Positions 26,270 through 37,206 of a stretch of 64,000 nucleotides of DNA are shown in pieces. Source of the stretch: a virus (lineage: Duplodnaviria; Caudoviricetes); IMG/VR virus record IMGVR_UViG_3300027914_001343, positions 64,001-128,000 of that record; one strand, written 5' to 3'. How positions within the stretch are numbered: position 1 is the first letter of the stretch; each line of letters begins with the position of its first letter. The notes under the pieces are model-generated. The model saw only the letters and a list, made by a program, of their open reading frames with translations. It made no database searches and was not told the DNA's origin. The translations under genes were made by a program, and so were the position numbers.

Positions 26270-28504
26270 TTACCCGTACGTACGACGATCACTAAAGAGA
26301 CCTTCACTAAACGAAATACGTTCCACTGCATGTCTAGGCGCAGTAAGACTTACTTCGTTATTCCCCCACTGGCGCTCGTAAGCGTCGTAGTTTCTACCAC
26401 GACCACGACGTGCCTCAGATGCTTTTCTAATAAGCTCATCGACACTGAACATTTCTCCATCCTCAAGAATAATTTTCCTTTCAAGAGAACGAAGCTCGTG
26501 TTCAATTCGAGCACAGAGGAAAGTATCACGTTCGCCAATCAGTTCCTTCTGAAGATCTTCAATACGTTCACGAAGATATTTCTGCTCAGCAGCTATTTCA
26601 AGTTCTTCGTAACTAAGTTCCTTTTGTGTTCGAATAGCTGAACCAATTTTGGTAATATCAATACCATAGAAGGACAGATTCTTACCTTGAGTAAGGAACC
26701 AATGTGTAAGCAACCAAGCGATCACCATATCGTCGTGTTCACCAACCTCATGGTCAATACGACCGTTTCTGATAACAAGGCCAAGGATCTGATCTACAAG
26801 TGTCTTATCCTTTACCTTAGTACCAGCACGTTTCATAGCTGCCATCAAAACGCTCGAATACAATTCGCCGCGACTGTAACTACCAGAACCAGATGTAGCA
26901 AAACCAAAAGTCTTCTTGTAACGAACGTAGATGTCTGTAGGACGACGATTCATCGGTTGCTTGATTTCACGATAACGTTCCGGGAATTCATCGTATTCAT
27001 TCACAACGCGATTGAACAGACGCTTGAACGGATCAATCCCGTAGCTAGGAAGCATGAGCAAGAGATAGTCAAGCAACATACCACCAGTAGAACGACGTTC
27101 AATAATGCCAGTTACGTTTTCGAAACGAACAAGTAACGAGCAGACCCATTTAGCGAGCACGATAAGGTTAGTTTCGTTATACGTACCAGCGCCAATAGTT
27201 TCTAGTGTCTCGACATCAGTAATCAGAAGCGAGATATCGTCACCGCCAGACGCTTCACTAGTATCCATTGTCATCAAGTATTTACCATTAGCCATCCGTT
27301 CTTCAACTTCATCTTCCGGAATATACCAGCGAATAACGTAACCATCAGGTTTGCTGAACTCATTAAAGAGAATACTCTCTACACTCGCCGCAACCATGTC
27401 AGCCATATGTGCAGGAAACGGACTCTTCTCAGTACCGGATGTCCAAATGTTGAAATAATCTCGGTTAGCGTCCTCACCAGTCTGGAGAGATTCTTCAAGT
27501 TTACGAGCAAGCCATTCGTCAGTCTTACCTAGTTGACGATGGTTAAACGTACCGTTAATCATCAGCTTCTTGGCACGAGATGCACCACGAACACGCTTAG
27601 CGAGCTCTTCAGCATTCTTGGAATCAAGAAACGCCTCATCCCAAACAGCAGCATCAGAAACAAGTCCATAAACGAACTTGCCGTCCTTGTCGTCCTTCTT
27701 ACCAGCGGTAGTAGTAAGGATAACACCATACGGGGATTTGTTCTTAATAGCTGCTTCAATAGCAGCACCAGTAGCCGCCAAAGCAGCAGGAAGAGCAATA
27801 GCGATATTTGGCTGGAATGGTGCTTCGTCAATATGCATGATTGGACTAGTCAGACCGCGACCAAGCAGCAGAGCACGCTTCGGGGACATTTGCGGTACGT
27901 GAGTCTTGTACGTGTTCTTGAACGTGTTGACGGTAATTTCTTCACCGTTATTCGCATCATCATGTCGCCTAAACTGCAAATAGAACGGAAGTTCTTCAGC
28001 GATGTCTTTAAGACGCTGGATGTTGGCACGCCGAAGCGTATCGTCCTTAGTCAAAAGGTTGATTTGTGTGGACTGACAGAGAACATTCATCAGCAACCGC
28101 ATCAACACGTCAGTACTGAAAGACTTACCAGTCTGACGAGGTTGAATCAGAATAAAGAAAATGTGATTAAAGAAAGACCAGTACAGTGCGATGTTGGCAC
28201 GATTAGCCTCCATCATTACTGGGTCAGTACCAGCAAGTGCCGGCGCTCTAGCAATCTCTCGGAAGAAATACCAGGGGTTGATTTTGCACTCAACAGAGAT
28301 GGCAGTGATTTGTTCTTCAGTGAGGTCCGGATCGTAAGGATCTACGCCTTGGAGAGACGGGTTAATAAGCGCCAAAAGAAATGCGTGGTTTTTGATACCC
28401 ATTGACTTGTAAACAGCAGCTAAGCGAACAAAGCTTTTGTTTTTAGTATTGATATCGATTATTGCGGACGGGTATTTTGCCCAATCCTCTTCGAATAAGA
28501 TCAT
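26270..28504 (-). CDS. terL: Terminase large subunit (phiKZ gp25-like)
   Basis: Walker A PRQTGKS, Walker B IDEAPF, coupling TTTAG, nuclease MDTSEASGGD and HDDMV; ATG 28504 with GGAGG. Confidence 0.93.
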   Translation of the reverse strand: MILFEEDWAKYPSAIIDINTKNKSFVRLAAVYKSMGIKNHAFLLALINPSLQGVDPYDPDLTEEQITAISVECKINPWYFFREIARAPALAGTDPVMMEANRANIALYWSFFNHIFFILIQPRQTGKSFSTDVLMRLLMNVLCQSTQINLLTKDDTLRRANIQRLKDIAEELPFYLQFRRHDDANNGEEITVNTFKNTYKTHVPQMSPKRALLLGRGLTSPIMHIDEAPFQPNIAIALPAALAATGAAIEAAIKNKSPYGVILTTTAGKKDDKDGKFVYGLVSDAAVWDEAFLDSKNAEELAKRVRGASRAKKLMINGTFNHRQLGKTDEWLARKLEESLQTGEDANRDYFNIWTSGTEKSPFPAHMADMVAASVESILFNEFSKPDGYVIRWYIPEDEVEERMANGKYLMTMDTSEASGGDDISLLITDVETLETIGAGTYNETNLIVLAKWVCSLLVRFENVTGIIERRSTGGMLLDYLLLMLPSYGIDPFKRLFNRVVNEYDEFPERYREIKQPMNRRPTDIYVRYKKTFGFATSGSGSYSRGELYSSVLMAAMKRAGTKVKDKTLVDQILGLVIRNGRIDHEVGEHDDMVIAWLLTHWFLTQGKNLSFYGIDITKIGSAIRTQKELSYEELEIAAEQKYLRERIEDLQKELIGERDTFLCARIEHELRSLERKIILEDGEMFSVDELIRKASEARRGRGRNYDAYERQWGNNEVSLTAPRHAVERISFSEGLFSDRRTYG

Positions 28505-28564
28505 AAGTGCCTCCAATGACCGAAATAAAAATATATAGTCATAGAGTGTATGTTTTTTACAACA

Positions 28565-28596
28565 GCATAGTGGCTGGGTTTTACCCCAGCCACTAG
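28565..28596 (-). terminator. Hairpin terminator with TATGC
   Basis: TAGTGGCTGGG/CCCAGCCACTA stem, TATGC on the minus strand. Confidence 0.7.
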
Positions 28597-28601
28597 TAGG
28601 A

Positions 28602-30299
28602 TTACAACGGCGGCATTTCGAGAGCCTCCCAAACATTCATACCCGCCACAGAAAGAATCAAATCTGTTTCGGTAGTACGTTTGAAGAACTTAATGAAAAC
28701 AGAATCGGTATTAGCCAATGCCACGTTTTCGATGGTCAGATCTTGATTCCACTGACTGATGTGGAACTCAAATTCGTTACTGCCAATGATAATAGAAAAC
28801 ATGTTTGGAACAGGTGCTTCTGTTTCATAGTCAGTATCGAAGAGTGGTTTAGTGCGATACATCACTTTGTCAAGCCATGCCTCAAACACAGTCTCATTTT
28901 GACTGATATTGAGATACTTGAGGTTAGCATTAACGAAAGTCATTAATGCAAATGTATCGCGTCCGTATTGCGGGTTCTGATTACTTTCGAAGCCAACACC
29001 CCAATTACTACCTGACTGATCGTCAGCTGGACGAAGCAACATGATTTCCAGCGTTTGCGTATGAACGTACTTCTTGTAAATACCGTTCACGTCATTCAGA
29101 TCAATAGACACAGACACCTTTTGGTTTGCGCCGTAATTGATAGGATTGAAAGCCGCCGTATTTTCATTGAACTTGACATACGGAGTAGCACGATAGAAAA
29201 CATTACGATCGAGATTAAGCAGGAACCATTCCAGACGATAACCATTCACGGCGTCGATCCAGACCGGATACCCAAAGAGCTTGACACTGTAAGCGCCATC
29301 TGCTTTCTGTGTAATTGCTTGATACGACTTAGTGATGAACTTCTCGTTGGTGACGGTAGCACCATAGACGATTTCATTATCAGCCAAGTTGTACTTGAGA
29401 ACAAGCGGCGTCTTCTGACCGACGATAGTGGAAACATAGTTGTCGAGACCAAAGATCTGGAACTTGCTGCCGTCTACCGGATACCGTTTCTTGGTGCCAT
29501 CGCTATAATGTACAACGCCATACAGACTGAACGATGATTTCGGAACGTTGATCGGGTACTGAATGAGTTGCTGGTTCGATTCAGACAGGAAAGGTGTTTC
29601 GAGTGTGATGTCCTTGATGTACTTCTCGCTTGCGTCAGCAGCGCGAATAAAGGACGTTTCCTTCACAATCACCTGTGTGATGCTTACAGGTGCGCCAGTG
29701 TCAGAATAGAAGATAACTTCCAACACTTCGCCATCGACCAAATCCTGCGCGGTATTACAAACCTTGACAACCTTCACCAGATCGGCTTCATCAGCAGAAA
29801 CTTTTTCCAATGGCACGTTCTGACCAATGAGAACACCATTGGAATCATAGAACGCGCTTACAACAGTCCCAGTGCCGGCGATCGTGCTTTCGCGGAAGAT
29901 CTTGGCAAACGAACAGAGATTACCAGAAACAGTCAGGCGAGCATCGATAGCGAGTGTATTCGGGATAACACTCTTATCGACATAGGCGCGGAAAGTAGTT
30001 GCTGGGGTTGCTGTAGCTGGACCAATAAGGCGGTCGTACTTCGACAACGTATCTGTTTTCACAGCACCAGTAATTTCTTCGAGTACAGGAATCAAAGTGG
30101 TGATGTCAATCGAAGTAACCTTGAACCACTGTTGCGTGTCAGTATCGACCACGTAATCGCGCACCTTAGGCACGTACTTACCACTACCAATTCCGCCGAG
30201 AAAGATCTCGAACATGGCCCAAATGTGCCATACCCCATCGGGTTCATAGTTGGGGACGATACCGTCGGTCCCCGCTACCAAAGACAGAGTGTCAGCCAT
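28602..30299 (-). CDS. Virion structural protein (phiKZ gp26-like)
   Basis: 565 aa, beta-rich, in the terminase-sheath block. Confidence 0.75.
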   Translation of the reverse strand: MADTLSLVAGTDGIVPNYEPDGVWHIWAMFEIFLGGIGSGKYVPKVRDYVVDTDTQQWFKVTSIDITTLIPVLEEITGAVKTDTLSKYDRLIGPATATPATTFRAYVDKSVIPNTLAIDARLTVSGNLCSFAKIFRESTIAGTGTVVSAFYDSNGVLIGQNVPLEKVSADEADLVKVVKVCNTAQDLVDGEVLEVIFYSDTGAPVSITQVIVKETSFIRAADASEKYIKDITLETPFLSESNQQLIQYPINVPKSSFSLYGVVHYSDGTKKRYPVDGSKFQIFGLDNYVSTIVGQKTPLVLKYNLADNEIVYGATVTNEKFITKSYQAITQKADGAYSVKLFGYPVWIDAVNGYRLEWFLLNLDRNVFYRATPYVKFNENTAAFNPINYGANQKVSVSIDLNDVNGIYKKYVHTQTLEIMLLRPADDQSGSNWGVGFESNQNPQYGRDTFALMTFVNANLKYLNISQNETVFEAWLDKVMYRTKPLFDTDYETEAPVPNMFSIIIGSNEFEFHISQWNQDLTIENVALANTDSVFIKFFKRTTETDLILSVAGMNVWEALEMPPL

Positions 30300-30302
30300 T
30301 GG

Positions 30303-32891
30303 TTAATCCTCCAAGCCATAGTTTTTAATACGCAGATACATGGACGTATCAACCTTTCCCTTCATGTAGTAATCCACTACTCGCAGAATAAACTTCATGT
30401 GGTAAATGTCCAGCTCTACAACAGTAAAGAGATTGTGTGGGTGTACCACTACGTACCGATCGTCAATTTGGTTAGCTTCTTGAGTAGGATCAAACTCAAG
30501 CAACCATTCGTAACTAGCACACAACTCAGCAACAAGTGAGTCGTTATAGTGTTGCAACAAACGATTGTCAGACAAGTAACCGTTATTCAGGTCACTAATG
30601 ATCTTATTCAAGAATGGGCTATAAACCTTGTAACGATCAGTGATGGTAAAGTTCTCAGGCTTCGCCGGGATATCTGAATACATCGTCATGTAGTCAGAAA
30701 CAGCAGCATCAATTACCTTAGCCTTATCGCGCAGCACAAACGTATCAGTAACACCAAATTCCTTAGTAGGAATGATAACGTCACGAATGCAGTAAGGCGC
30801 GCCATTAGCAGCATCAATCTGGACGCCGGTGTCTGTTTCTGCGAACTTCAGAGCATCGCGCGTTTTGATAGCGCCATCAACGACAATACGAATGACGCGG
30901 TCGTCACGAATGTCGAAGCGATCATTATTAGACAACAGACCAAATTGAATAAACCCTACTTCTTCTGGCACCTCGTGCTTAAGGTCAGAATCACAAAGAC
31001 CAGAAACGCGAACCACTACAGCCTGTGCTTTAGTAGATGGGTTATTGAGATATTCCTTATTGAAGATGACCACTTTAGGGAAATCAATTTTGTAATCGAT
31101 ACCTTCAATGATCGGGCGACCCTCGAGGAACAAATCAATGTGGCGACCAGGAATTTGCATAAGCTGAGAATGGACGTTTTCATCACGATAAACATCATGC
31201 GCCAGCGTGAATGTCAAAACACCGTCATTAGCCATCAAGCTGAGTTTATAAGAGAGCACATTATAATCAGAACGAACCAACGTAGCTTTCTTAGTGAAGT
31301 CAACAGCCCACTTAACGGTATTATCATCAATCAAATACATCCCGCCGTGTTCAGTCACGTCTTCCCATTCGTTTGTTGGTAAACCATCAACAATGTCACA
31401 CACATAGAAACGATAATTCCTTTTCGGATCGATCGTTTGATCCTGGACACTGTAGTTTTCATCAAAACTGGTAGACGAAACACCAGGGATGATTTCAACA
31501 TAAGCAGCACCAATATTCCTACATGCGTAAATACTACTCTCGATGTGGTTGTACCAACCAAGAAGTTTCCCAGCCGAATCATACTCGTAACCGGTAGAAT
31601 TCTTCCAAAGTCCATATGGGACATCAACGATTTTCTGACCAGAGCTGAGATAAACTTTACACGGTCCGTCACCAAGTACCTTAGCCATGGCGTTGTAACC
31701 AAGAGCGCTTTCAACTAACGCAGGCGTAATTACACGCGCGTCACTGCGCACAACTTCCGCATAAGCAGATGATTCCAACACATTTGCGCGCCACACTTCG
31801 TTGGTAGAATTAACACCAACCATAGCGTTGAGACGTTTCGCGTACGGAAGTTTCATCAATTCAGCAATACGGTTGTTCTCGTAAACCAACGTTTGTGAAC
31901 GACCGCCTTTACGAACAAAGACTTTGAGTTTAAGAAGATCAGCTTCTGGCCAAGCGTTAGCTACTGTGAGAGCATCGATATACGAGATACCGATGGAATA
32001 TGCCTGATGCGTAACATTCCTCACGGTGTTGCCAGCATTCCTGTGCAGATAAACACCTTTCGGTTTTGCCAGCGTGCCATTTACCAGATAGAAATCAATG
32101 TCATCGTGATAATACGCGTTTTCAGAACCTTCGTCCCAAAGTAACAAGTATTTGCGAATCAAATCAAGATCAGAATCGAACGTCGGAAGTTCGCTGATAG
32201 AGATATCCAGTACCTTTTTGATGGAAGCATCAAAGATTACCTCCACGATATCGTCCGTAGCGACATTGAGGAGATTAATGGTTTCGACAAGAAGACCATT
32301 AATGAAAGCGAAAACAGCGCCACCAAACTGAGCACCAAAGTTCTGATAATACTCGAAAGTATTCTGCAGAGCCAAAATTTCTGCGTTTGTTTTTGGAGCG
32401 CCGTATTGGATCTTAACGTCGTAAATGTCGCCGCCACTCGCAGTAGATCCAAAATACGCATTGGAATAAAAACGAAAATACAGATCGTCAGTACCAAGTG
32501 CCTCAGAGATCTTTGGCTGATCTTGTACTGCGATGATAACGTTCTTGTCCTTCGTTACCATGTACCAGACCGTGGACTTAGGAAACATACGGCCGTTAGA
32601 CAGATACGTATCAATCAACATGTTTGTTTCTTCGCAACACGTTGCCGTACTTACCCATTGCTGGTCAATATTCAAAATACCCAAAAGAGCAGGATGAAGC
32701 TGTCCAATTTGGTAAACATGGAATCTAGTTTTGGTCATGGGAAGGTCGTAAGTCTCCCACATAACACGAACTCTGTTAAAAGCACCAGTTACGCCGGTTA
32801 AGCGTTTCGGCTTAATAATGGACTGCATATCCTGCCGAGGCGCTGCCCAGATTTTCCTTAGAGCATAACTGACAATATGGTTGTAACTCAT
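30303..32891 (-). CDS. Virion/baseplate structural protein (phiKZ gp27-like)
   Basis: 862 aa from ATG 32891; IWAAPRQD, FHVYQIGQ and YSPFLNKI motifs. Confidence 0.75.
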   Translation of the reverse strand: MSYNHIVSYALRKIWAAPRQDMQSIIKPKRLTGVTGAFNRVRVMWETYDLPMTKTRFHVYQIGQLHPALLGILNIDQQWVSTATCCEETNMLIDTYLSNGRMFPKSTVWYMVTKDKNVIIAVQDQPKISEALGTDDLYFRFYSNAYFGSTASGGDIYDVKIQYGAPKTNAEILALQNTFEYYQNFGAQFGGAVFAFINGLLVETINLLNVATDDIVEVIFDASIKKVLDISISELPTFDSDLDLIRKYLLLWDEGSENAYYHDDIDFYLVNGTLAKPKGVYLHRNAGNTVRNVTHQAYSIGISYIDALTVANAWPEADLLKLKVFVRKGGRSQTLVYENNRIAELMKLPYAKRLNAMVGVNSTNEVWRANVLESSAYAEVVRSDARVITPALVESALGYNAMAKVLGDGPCKVYLSSGQKIVDVPYGLWKNSTGYEYDSAGKLLGWYNHIESSIYACRNIGAAYVEIIPGVSSTSFDENYSVQDQTIDPKRNYRFYVCDIVDGLPTNEWEDVTEHGGMYLIDDNTVKWAVDFTKKATLVRSDYNVLSYKLSLMANDGVLTFTLAHDVYRDENVHSQLMQIPGRHIDLFLEGRPIIEGIDYKIDFPKVVIFNKEYLNNPSTKAQAVVVRVSGLCDSDLKHEVPEEVGFIQFGLLSNNDRFDIRDDRVIRIVVDGAIKTRDALKFAETDTGVQIDAANGAPYCIRDVIIPTKEFGVTDTFVLRDKAKVIDAAVSDYMTMYSDIPAKPENFTITDRYKVYSPFLNKIISDLNNGYLSDNRLLQHYNDSLVAELCASYEWLLEFDPTQEANQIDDRYVVVHPHNLFTVVELDIYHMKFILRVVDYYMKGKVDTSMYLRIKNYGLED

Positions 32892-32950
32892 GTCAACCCC
32901 TTTGTGAACATAAATAAGTCCGGACATTACTGTCCGGACCTATTAATAGA

Positions 32951-33883
32951 TCAATTCATGAAACCAGCGCGGTTATCTTTCAGATCCACGAAATCATGGC
33001 ATAGATGCACTACCGACGCCGTGAAGGTTTTCTTCAGTTGATCTTGAGAACGCTCAAGAATCCTGGAAACACCGGAGTTCTTGTAAGTGCGTTCATTGAT
33101 AGCAGTGAAGATAACAGCAAGCCAGGTCGGCGGATGTTCGATACCGACAGCCAGAATTTCTTGTGCGTTGTAGCCGTACCAGGTATTTTTCAGAATCGAG
33201 AACAAAACACCTTGATTGAAGTTCTCGAGCCGAACAGTCCCGACCACAATAGTTGCTGCTGCGCAGAAATCAGCAAGCGTGGTCAGAGGAGCTTCGAGTT
33301 GATCAACAACAGCATAAACATCTTCGACAGACGAACGCGTAGCTTTTGCTACAGTAGCGGCAATCTTGTCGCGTTCTTGAGGGCCGAACTTGTTGTCTGC
33401 ATCGAAAAGCGTGTAGTAGAAAATACCAGCCAGGATGGAGAGGTTTTGTTGTTCGCCAGGATTCAGTGCGTAACGTGTACGGACATTTTCACTGATCCAG
33501 GAAGCAAACGTAGCGACGGCCAGCGGAGAAACATCACGCAGATATTCGACGCGCTCAGTACGCCAGATGTATTCGAGTGCCGCGCGCATCCTCAACATAT
33601 CGCCTTCGATCGTGTTAGAAACGATAATTTCGTTGTTTTGGTTGAGGCGCGTAAAGGGCCGCATATCAACAAAAACCTTCAGATTCCCATCTACGACAAA
33701 AGAAATCGGATGGAGAAAAGCAGGTACGTTGTTGTTGTCGTTAACGACCCAAAGGACGTTAGCAAAACGATCGTCAGGACGGAGTCCGCCACGCACCATC
33801 GCTTCTTCGAGCGCATGTGTAATTTTGCCAATAACGAAACCAGTACACGCTGTAGTTTCGTATGCGGATGTAAACACGGACAT
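32951..33883 (-). CDS. Virion structural protein (phiKZ gp28-like)
   Basis: 310 aa; SAYETT, PAFLHPI and IEHPPTW motifs; divergent from the sheath gene. Confidence 0.72.
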   Translation of the reverse strand: MSVFTSAYETTACTGFVIGKITHALEEAMVRGGLRPDDRFANVLWVVNDNNNVPAFLHPISFVVDGNLKVFVDMRPFTRLNQNNEIIVSNTIEGDMLRMRAALEYIWRTERVEYLRDVSPLAVATFASWISENVRTRYALNPGEQQNLSILAGIFYYTLFDADNKFGPQERDKIAATVAKATRSSVEDVYAVVDQLEAPLTTLADFCAAATIVVGTVRLENFNQGVLFSILKNTWYGYNAQEILAVGIEHPPTWLAVIFTAINERTYKNSGVSRILERSQDQLKKTFTASVVHLCHDFVDLKDNRAGFMN

Positions 33884-34144
33884 CGCAGATCCTTTCTAAT
33901 TAAATTAATATCGGGCTGACTAATGCAACCCCCATCCTATGGTAAAAAAATATTACATTGCCACTCTATAACAGGGAAAAAAGTTCCAGCTCTGTAAGAT
34001 AAATAAGGAAACGTAATACTTTTTTCAAAATAGTTATGACTGAAAAACTGTTATATAGGTAGTTCAGCATATGGAGGACGAGGTTTTTAGTCTCATAGCA
34101 TCGTCTTCGAGTAACCATACCATTCACCATAAAGGAATGACACG

Positions 34145-36229
34145 ATGAATGCAATCGTAAACGGTGCACCGATGACCGTGTTCCAGGGGACGAATGACAA
34201 GAGCAACCGGGCCGAGGTAGCTGAAGCCGAGGTTCTCCCGTCGCATCTCCCTTGGGTGTATCTTTACACCCAAGATGGTCCTACCACTCCGCAACTGGTT
34301 GCTGGTAGTTCCCGGAACATCATGTACGGTGCCGACTCTTTCGATCCCCGTAAGGCCTACGCTACCCACGCTACGGTCCTCTCGAACGTTTTCCAGGCTG
34401 CGGGCAATGCCCAGATCATCCAGCGCCTGATTCCGGCAGACGCTGCCCCGCGTGCAAACCTGCGTCTGGCGCTGGATGTTCTTAGCACCAAACTGCCCGT
34501 CTACGAGCGTAATACCGATGGCTCGATCAAGACGGATGCAGCTGGTAAGCCGGTAGCCACCTCCACCACCGTCGACGGTTACCTTGTCAAGTGGGTGAAA
34601 ACCCACATTGCACTCGGCTCCGAAGGCGAAGATAAGTTTGGCCAAGGCACTGAAGTCGCTGGCGATCAGACTGACACTGATACCGGCACGCAATCGCGCC
34701 GTATCCCTATCCTTGATCTCGAAGTCTCGCACATCGGTAGCAAGGGTAACAACCTCGGCGTTCGTCTGTTTGCGCCGACAGCTAAGTCGTCCGTGCCTGT
34801 TTCTGCCAAGACCATTTCCAAGGAAAAGGTTTATCCGTTCCGTGTCGCATTCGTTTCGCGCACTGATGAACTCTCGACGGCCAAAGTCATTGAGACTCAG
34901 TCCGGCGAACAAACCGTGAACGTTACCTGGCAAGACATCTTCGACCGTAGCAGCGAGCAAGAACTTGGCATTACTGACAACCTGCTCAGCAAGTACCAGA
35001 ACCTGGCTCCGAATGATGGTTCCATGCCGGTGTTCGGTCCGTTCGGCCGCATCAGCGTTTACAGCGAAAATATCGCTGCGCTGCAGACTCTGTTCTATGC
35101 GGCAGAAAAAGCCTTCATCGATGCGTTCTCTGATTTCACTGGCGCTTCCGGTGAAGAAGGTTTGTTCAACTTCATCAGCGGTGTTTCTTCGAACAACGTT
35201 CCTTACACCTCGTTCCGTTTGACAACCGGTGGTTCGGAAACCGTTAAACCTACTGAAGCTACCACTCTGTGGGCTACCGGTGGTTCTGACGGCACGATGT
35301 CGAACGCTGCTTTCGATCTGTTGGTGCGTGACGCTGTCGCTGATTTCGCCAATGCGAACAACAGTGTCCAAGACACTGCGTACTTCCCGACTTCCTGCCT
35401 GTATGACTCCGGCTTCGGCCTGGATGTCAAGAAAGCGCTCCCGCAGTTTATTTCGCTGCGCAAGGACACTTTCGTGGTGCTTGCCACGCACGCAGTCGGT
35501 GAAAGCCTGACGGCTACTGAAGAATCGTCTATCGCTGTGGCACTGAAGACGGCTCTGCAGATGTATCCGGAATCCGATTACTTCGGCACCGAAACGATGC
35601 GCGGTGTTGTTGTTGCTCGTTCCGGCAAGCTGTTGAACTCGACCTTCAAGAAACGTCTGCCTCTTTCGATCGAACTGGCCAACAAGGCTGCCAAGTACAT
35701 GGGTGCTGGTAACGGCATCTGGAACAGCGTCTACTCGTTCGATGAATACCCGGCCAATGAAGTCGAGCTCTTCGGCGACATCAATTGCGCATGGACTCCC
35801 GCTACCGCCCGTAACAAGGACTGGGACAACGGGATGATCTGGGTTGAGAACTATGGGCGCAACAGCGTCTACTTCCCGGCTATCCGCACCGTTTACGGCG
35901 ATGACACCAGCGTTCTGACTTCGTTCCTGACCATGGCAGCAATCGTGGAACTGGAAAAGGTCGGCGATCGCGCTCGTCGTCGTTTCAGCGGTAACTCCAA
36001 GCTCACTACTGCTCAGCTGATCGAGCGTGTGAACCAGTTTGTGGAAGAAAACACTGTGGGTCGTTTTGATGAGCGCTTCACGATCGTGCCGGAAACTTAC
36101 ATCACTTCTGGTGATGAAGCTCGCGGTTACTCGTGGACGCTGAAGATCAAGATCTACGCTGCGAACATGAAGACTGTTCAGACCCTCGTCATCGAAGCCT
36201 ATCGCGCTGACGACCTGGCTGCGGCATAA
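34145..36229 (+). CDS. Contractile tail sheath protein (phiKZ gp29-like)
   Basis: 694 aa with strong codon bias; VNGAP, YDSGF, YPESDYFGT and FPAIRTVYGDDTSVL motifs; followed by the tube gene. Confidence 0.9.
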   Translation: MNAIVNGAPMTVFQGTNDKSNRAEVAEAEVLPSHLPWVYLYTQDGPTTPQLVAGSSRNIMYGADSFDPRKAYATHATVLSNVFQAAGNAQIIQRLIPADAAPRANLRLALDVLSTKLPVYERNTDGSIKTDAAGKPVATSTTVDGYLVKWVKTHIALGSEGEDKFGQGTEVAGDQTDTDTGTQSRRIPILDLEVSHIGSKGNNLGVRLFAPTAKSSVPVSAKTISKEKVYPFRVAFVSRTDELSTAKVIETQSGEQTVNVTWQDIFDRSSEQELGITDNLLSKYQNLAPNDGSMPVFGPFGRISVYSENIAALQTLFYAAEKAFIDAFSDFTGASGEEGLFNFISGVSSNNVPYTSFRLTTGGSETVKPTEATTLWATGGSDGTMSNAAFDLLVRDAVADFANANNSVQDTAYFPTSCLYDSGFGLDVKKALPQFISLRKDTFVVLATHAVGESLTATEESSIAVALKTALQMYPESDYFGTETMRGVVVARSGKLLNSTFKKRLPLSIELANKAAKYMGAGNGIWNSVYSFDEYPANEVELFGDINCAWTPATARNKDWDNGMIWVENYGRNSVYFPAIRTVYGDDTSVLTSFLTMAAIVELEKVGDRARRRFSGNSKLTTAQLIERVNQFVEENTVGRFDERFTIVPETYITSGDEARGYSWTLKIKIYAANMKTVQTLVIEAYRADDLAAA

Positions 36230-36283
36230 AACACGGAGGGTATTTGATTATACCCTCCATCTATTCATCGAATGGAGATCGAC

Positions 36284-37156
36284 ATGGCTCGAATCACTAA
36301 TGCTCTCATGGGCGACAATGCGTACGGGAAAGGCACTCAAGGTGCTGTCCTGGACCTGCGCTATGGCGGGCAAATGGGCTTCGCTCCCAACTTGAGCGAA
36401 TGGGTGAGCAACCAGCAGTACGTTAGCCGTAACGTCATCTGTCTTCTGGTTGAAGCACCTACTGGTTTCCAGCTGTTGCAAAATCCGGATTACTGGGTCG
36501 GCACGCTGCGTTCTCTCGTGGAACTGCATGCCATCAGCATTACTGGCCTCAACGCAACTCTGGAAGTTGAATACGCCGAAACTCCGGTTGGTGGCGGCGG
36601 CGAAATGCATGAAGACGTTACTGACGTCAAGCGCACTCGCACGCAAGTTACCTTCAGTTGGAACGAAAAGTATGGCATGCCCGTACAACGTTTCCTGTCC
36701 GGCTGGATTCGTTATCTGATCATGGACCCGGATGCTAAGGTTGCTCTGATCAACACTCTCAGCAGCGATGCTTCCAAGCGCGTTACTGACATGCTGTCTG
36801 ATCGTTCGGCTGCCTCGATGATTTTCATCGAACCCGATCCGACCCATACGAAGGTAATGAAAGCATGGCTCGGCACCAACATGATGCCGCGCACTTCTGG
36901 CGAAATCGAAGCGCAGCGTGACCTCACTGCTGCCGGCGAAGCCAAGAAGTACGACGTGCAATTTACCGGTATCTTCCAATACGGTCTTGGTGTGGATACG
37001 TTGGCTCAGAAACTTCTGAACGCTATCAACATCACTGGTGCCAATCCGTACACCCGCGCAGCTTTCATTAGCGACATCGCGGCTGACGTGAAGAAGCAAG
37101 ACCAAGGCAGCTATGGTTCTAACGTGGTTGCAACTGGCGGTAGCAAGACAGCCTAA
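36284..37156 (+). CDS. Tail tube protein (phiKZ gp30-like)
   Basis: 290 aa; EKYGMPV and FIEPDP motifs; follows the sheath gene; GGAG RBS. Confidence 0.88.
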   Translation: MARITNALMGDNAYGKGTQGAVLDLRYGGQMGFAPNLSEWVSNQQYVSRNVICLLVEAPTGFQLLQNPDYWVGTLRSLVELHAISITGLNATLEVEYAETPVGGGGEMHEDVTDVKRTRTQVTFSWNEKYGMPVQRFLSGWIRYLIMDPDAKVALINTLSSDASKRVTDMLSDRSAASMIFIEPDPTHTKVMKAWLGTNMMPRTSGEIEAQRDLTAAGEAKKYDVQFTGIFQYGLGVDTLAQKLLNAINITGANPYTRAAFISDIAADVKKQDQGSYGSNVVATGGSKTA

Positions 37157-37161
37157 CAAGG

Positions 37162-37202
37162 CGGCATATTCGGGGACCCGCAATGGTCCCCGATTTATGC
37201 CG
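37162..37202. terminator. Bidirectional hairpin flanked by GGCATA/TATGCC
   Basis: CGGCATAT-TCGGGGACC-CGCAAT-GGTCCCCGA-TTTATGCCG. Confidence 0.85.
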
Positions 37203-37206
37203 TTAG

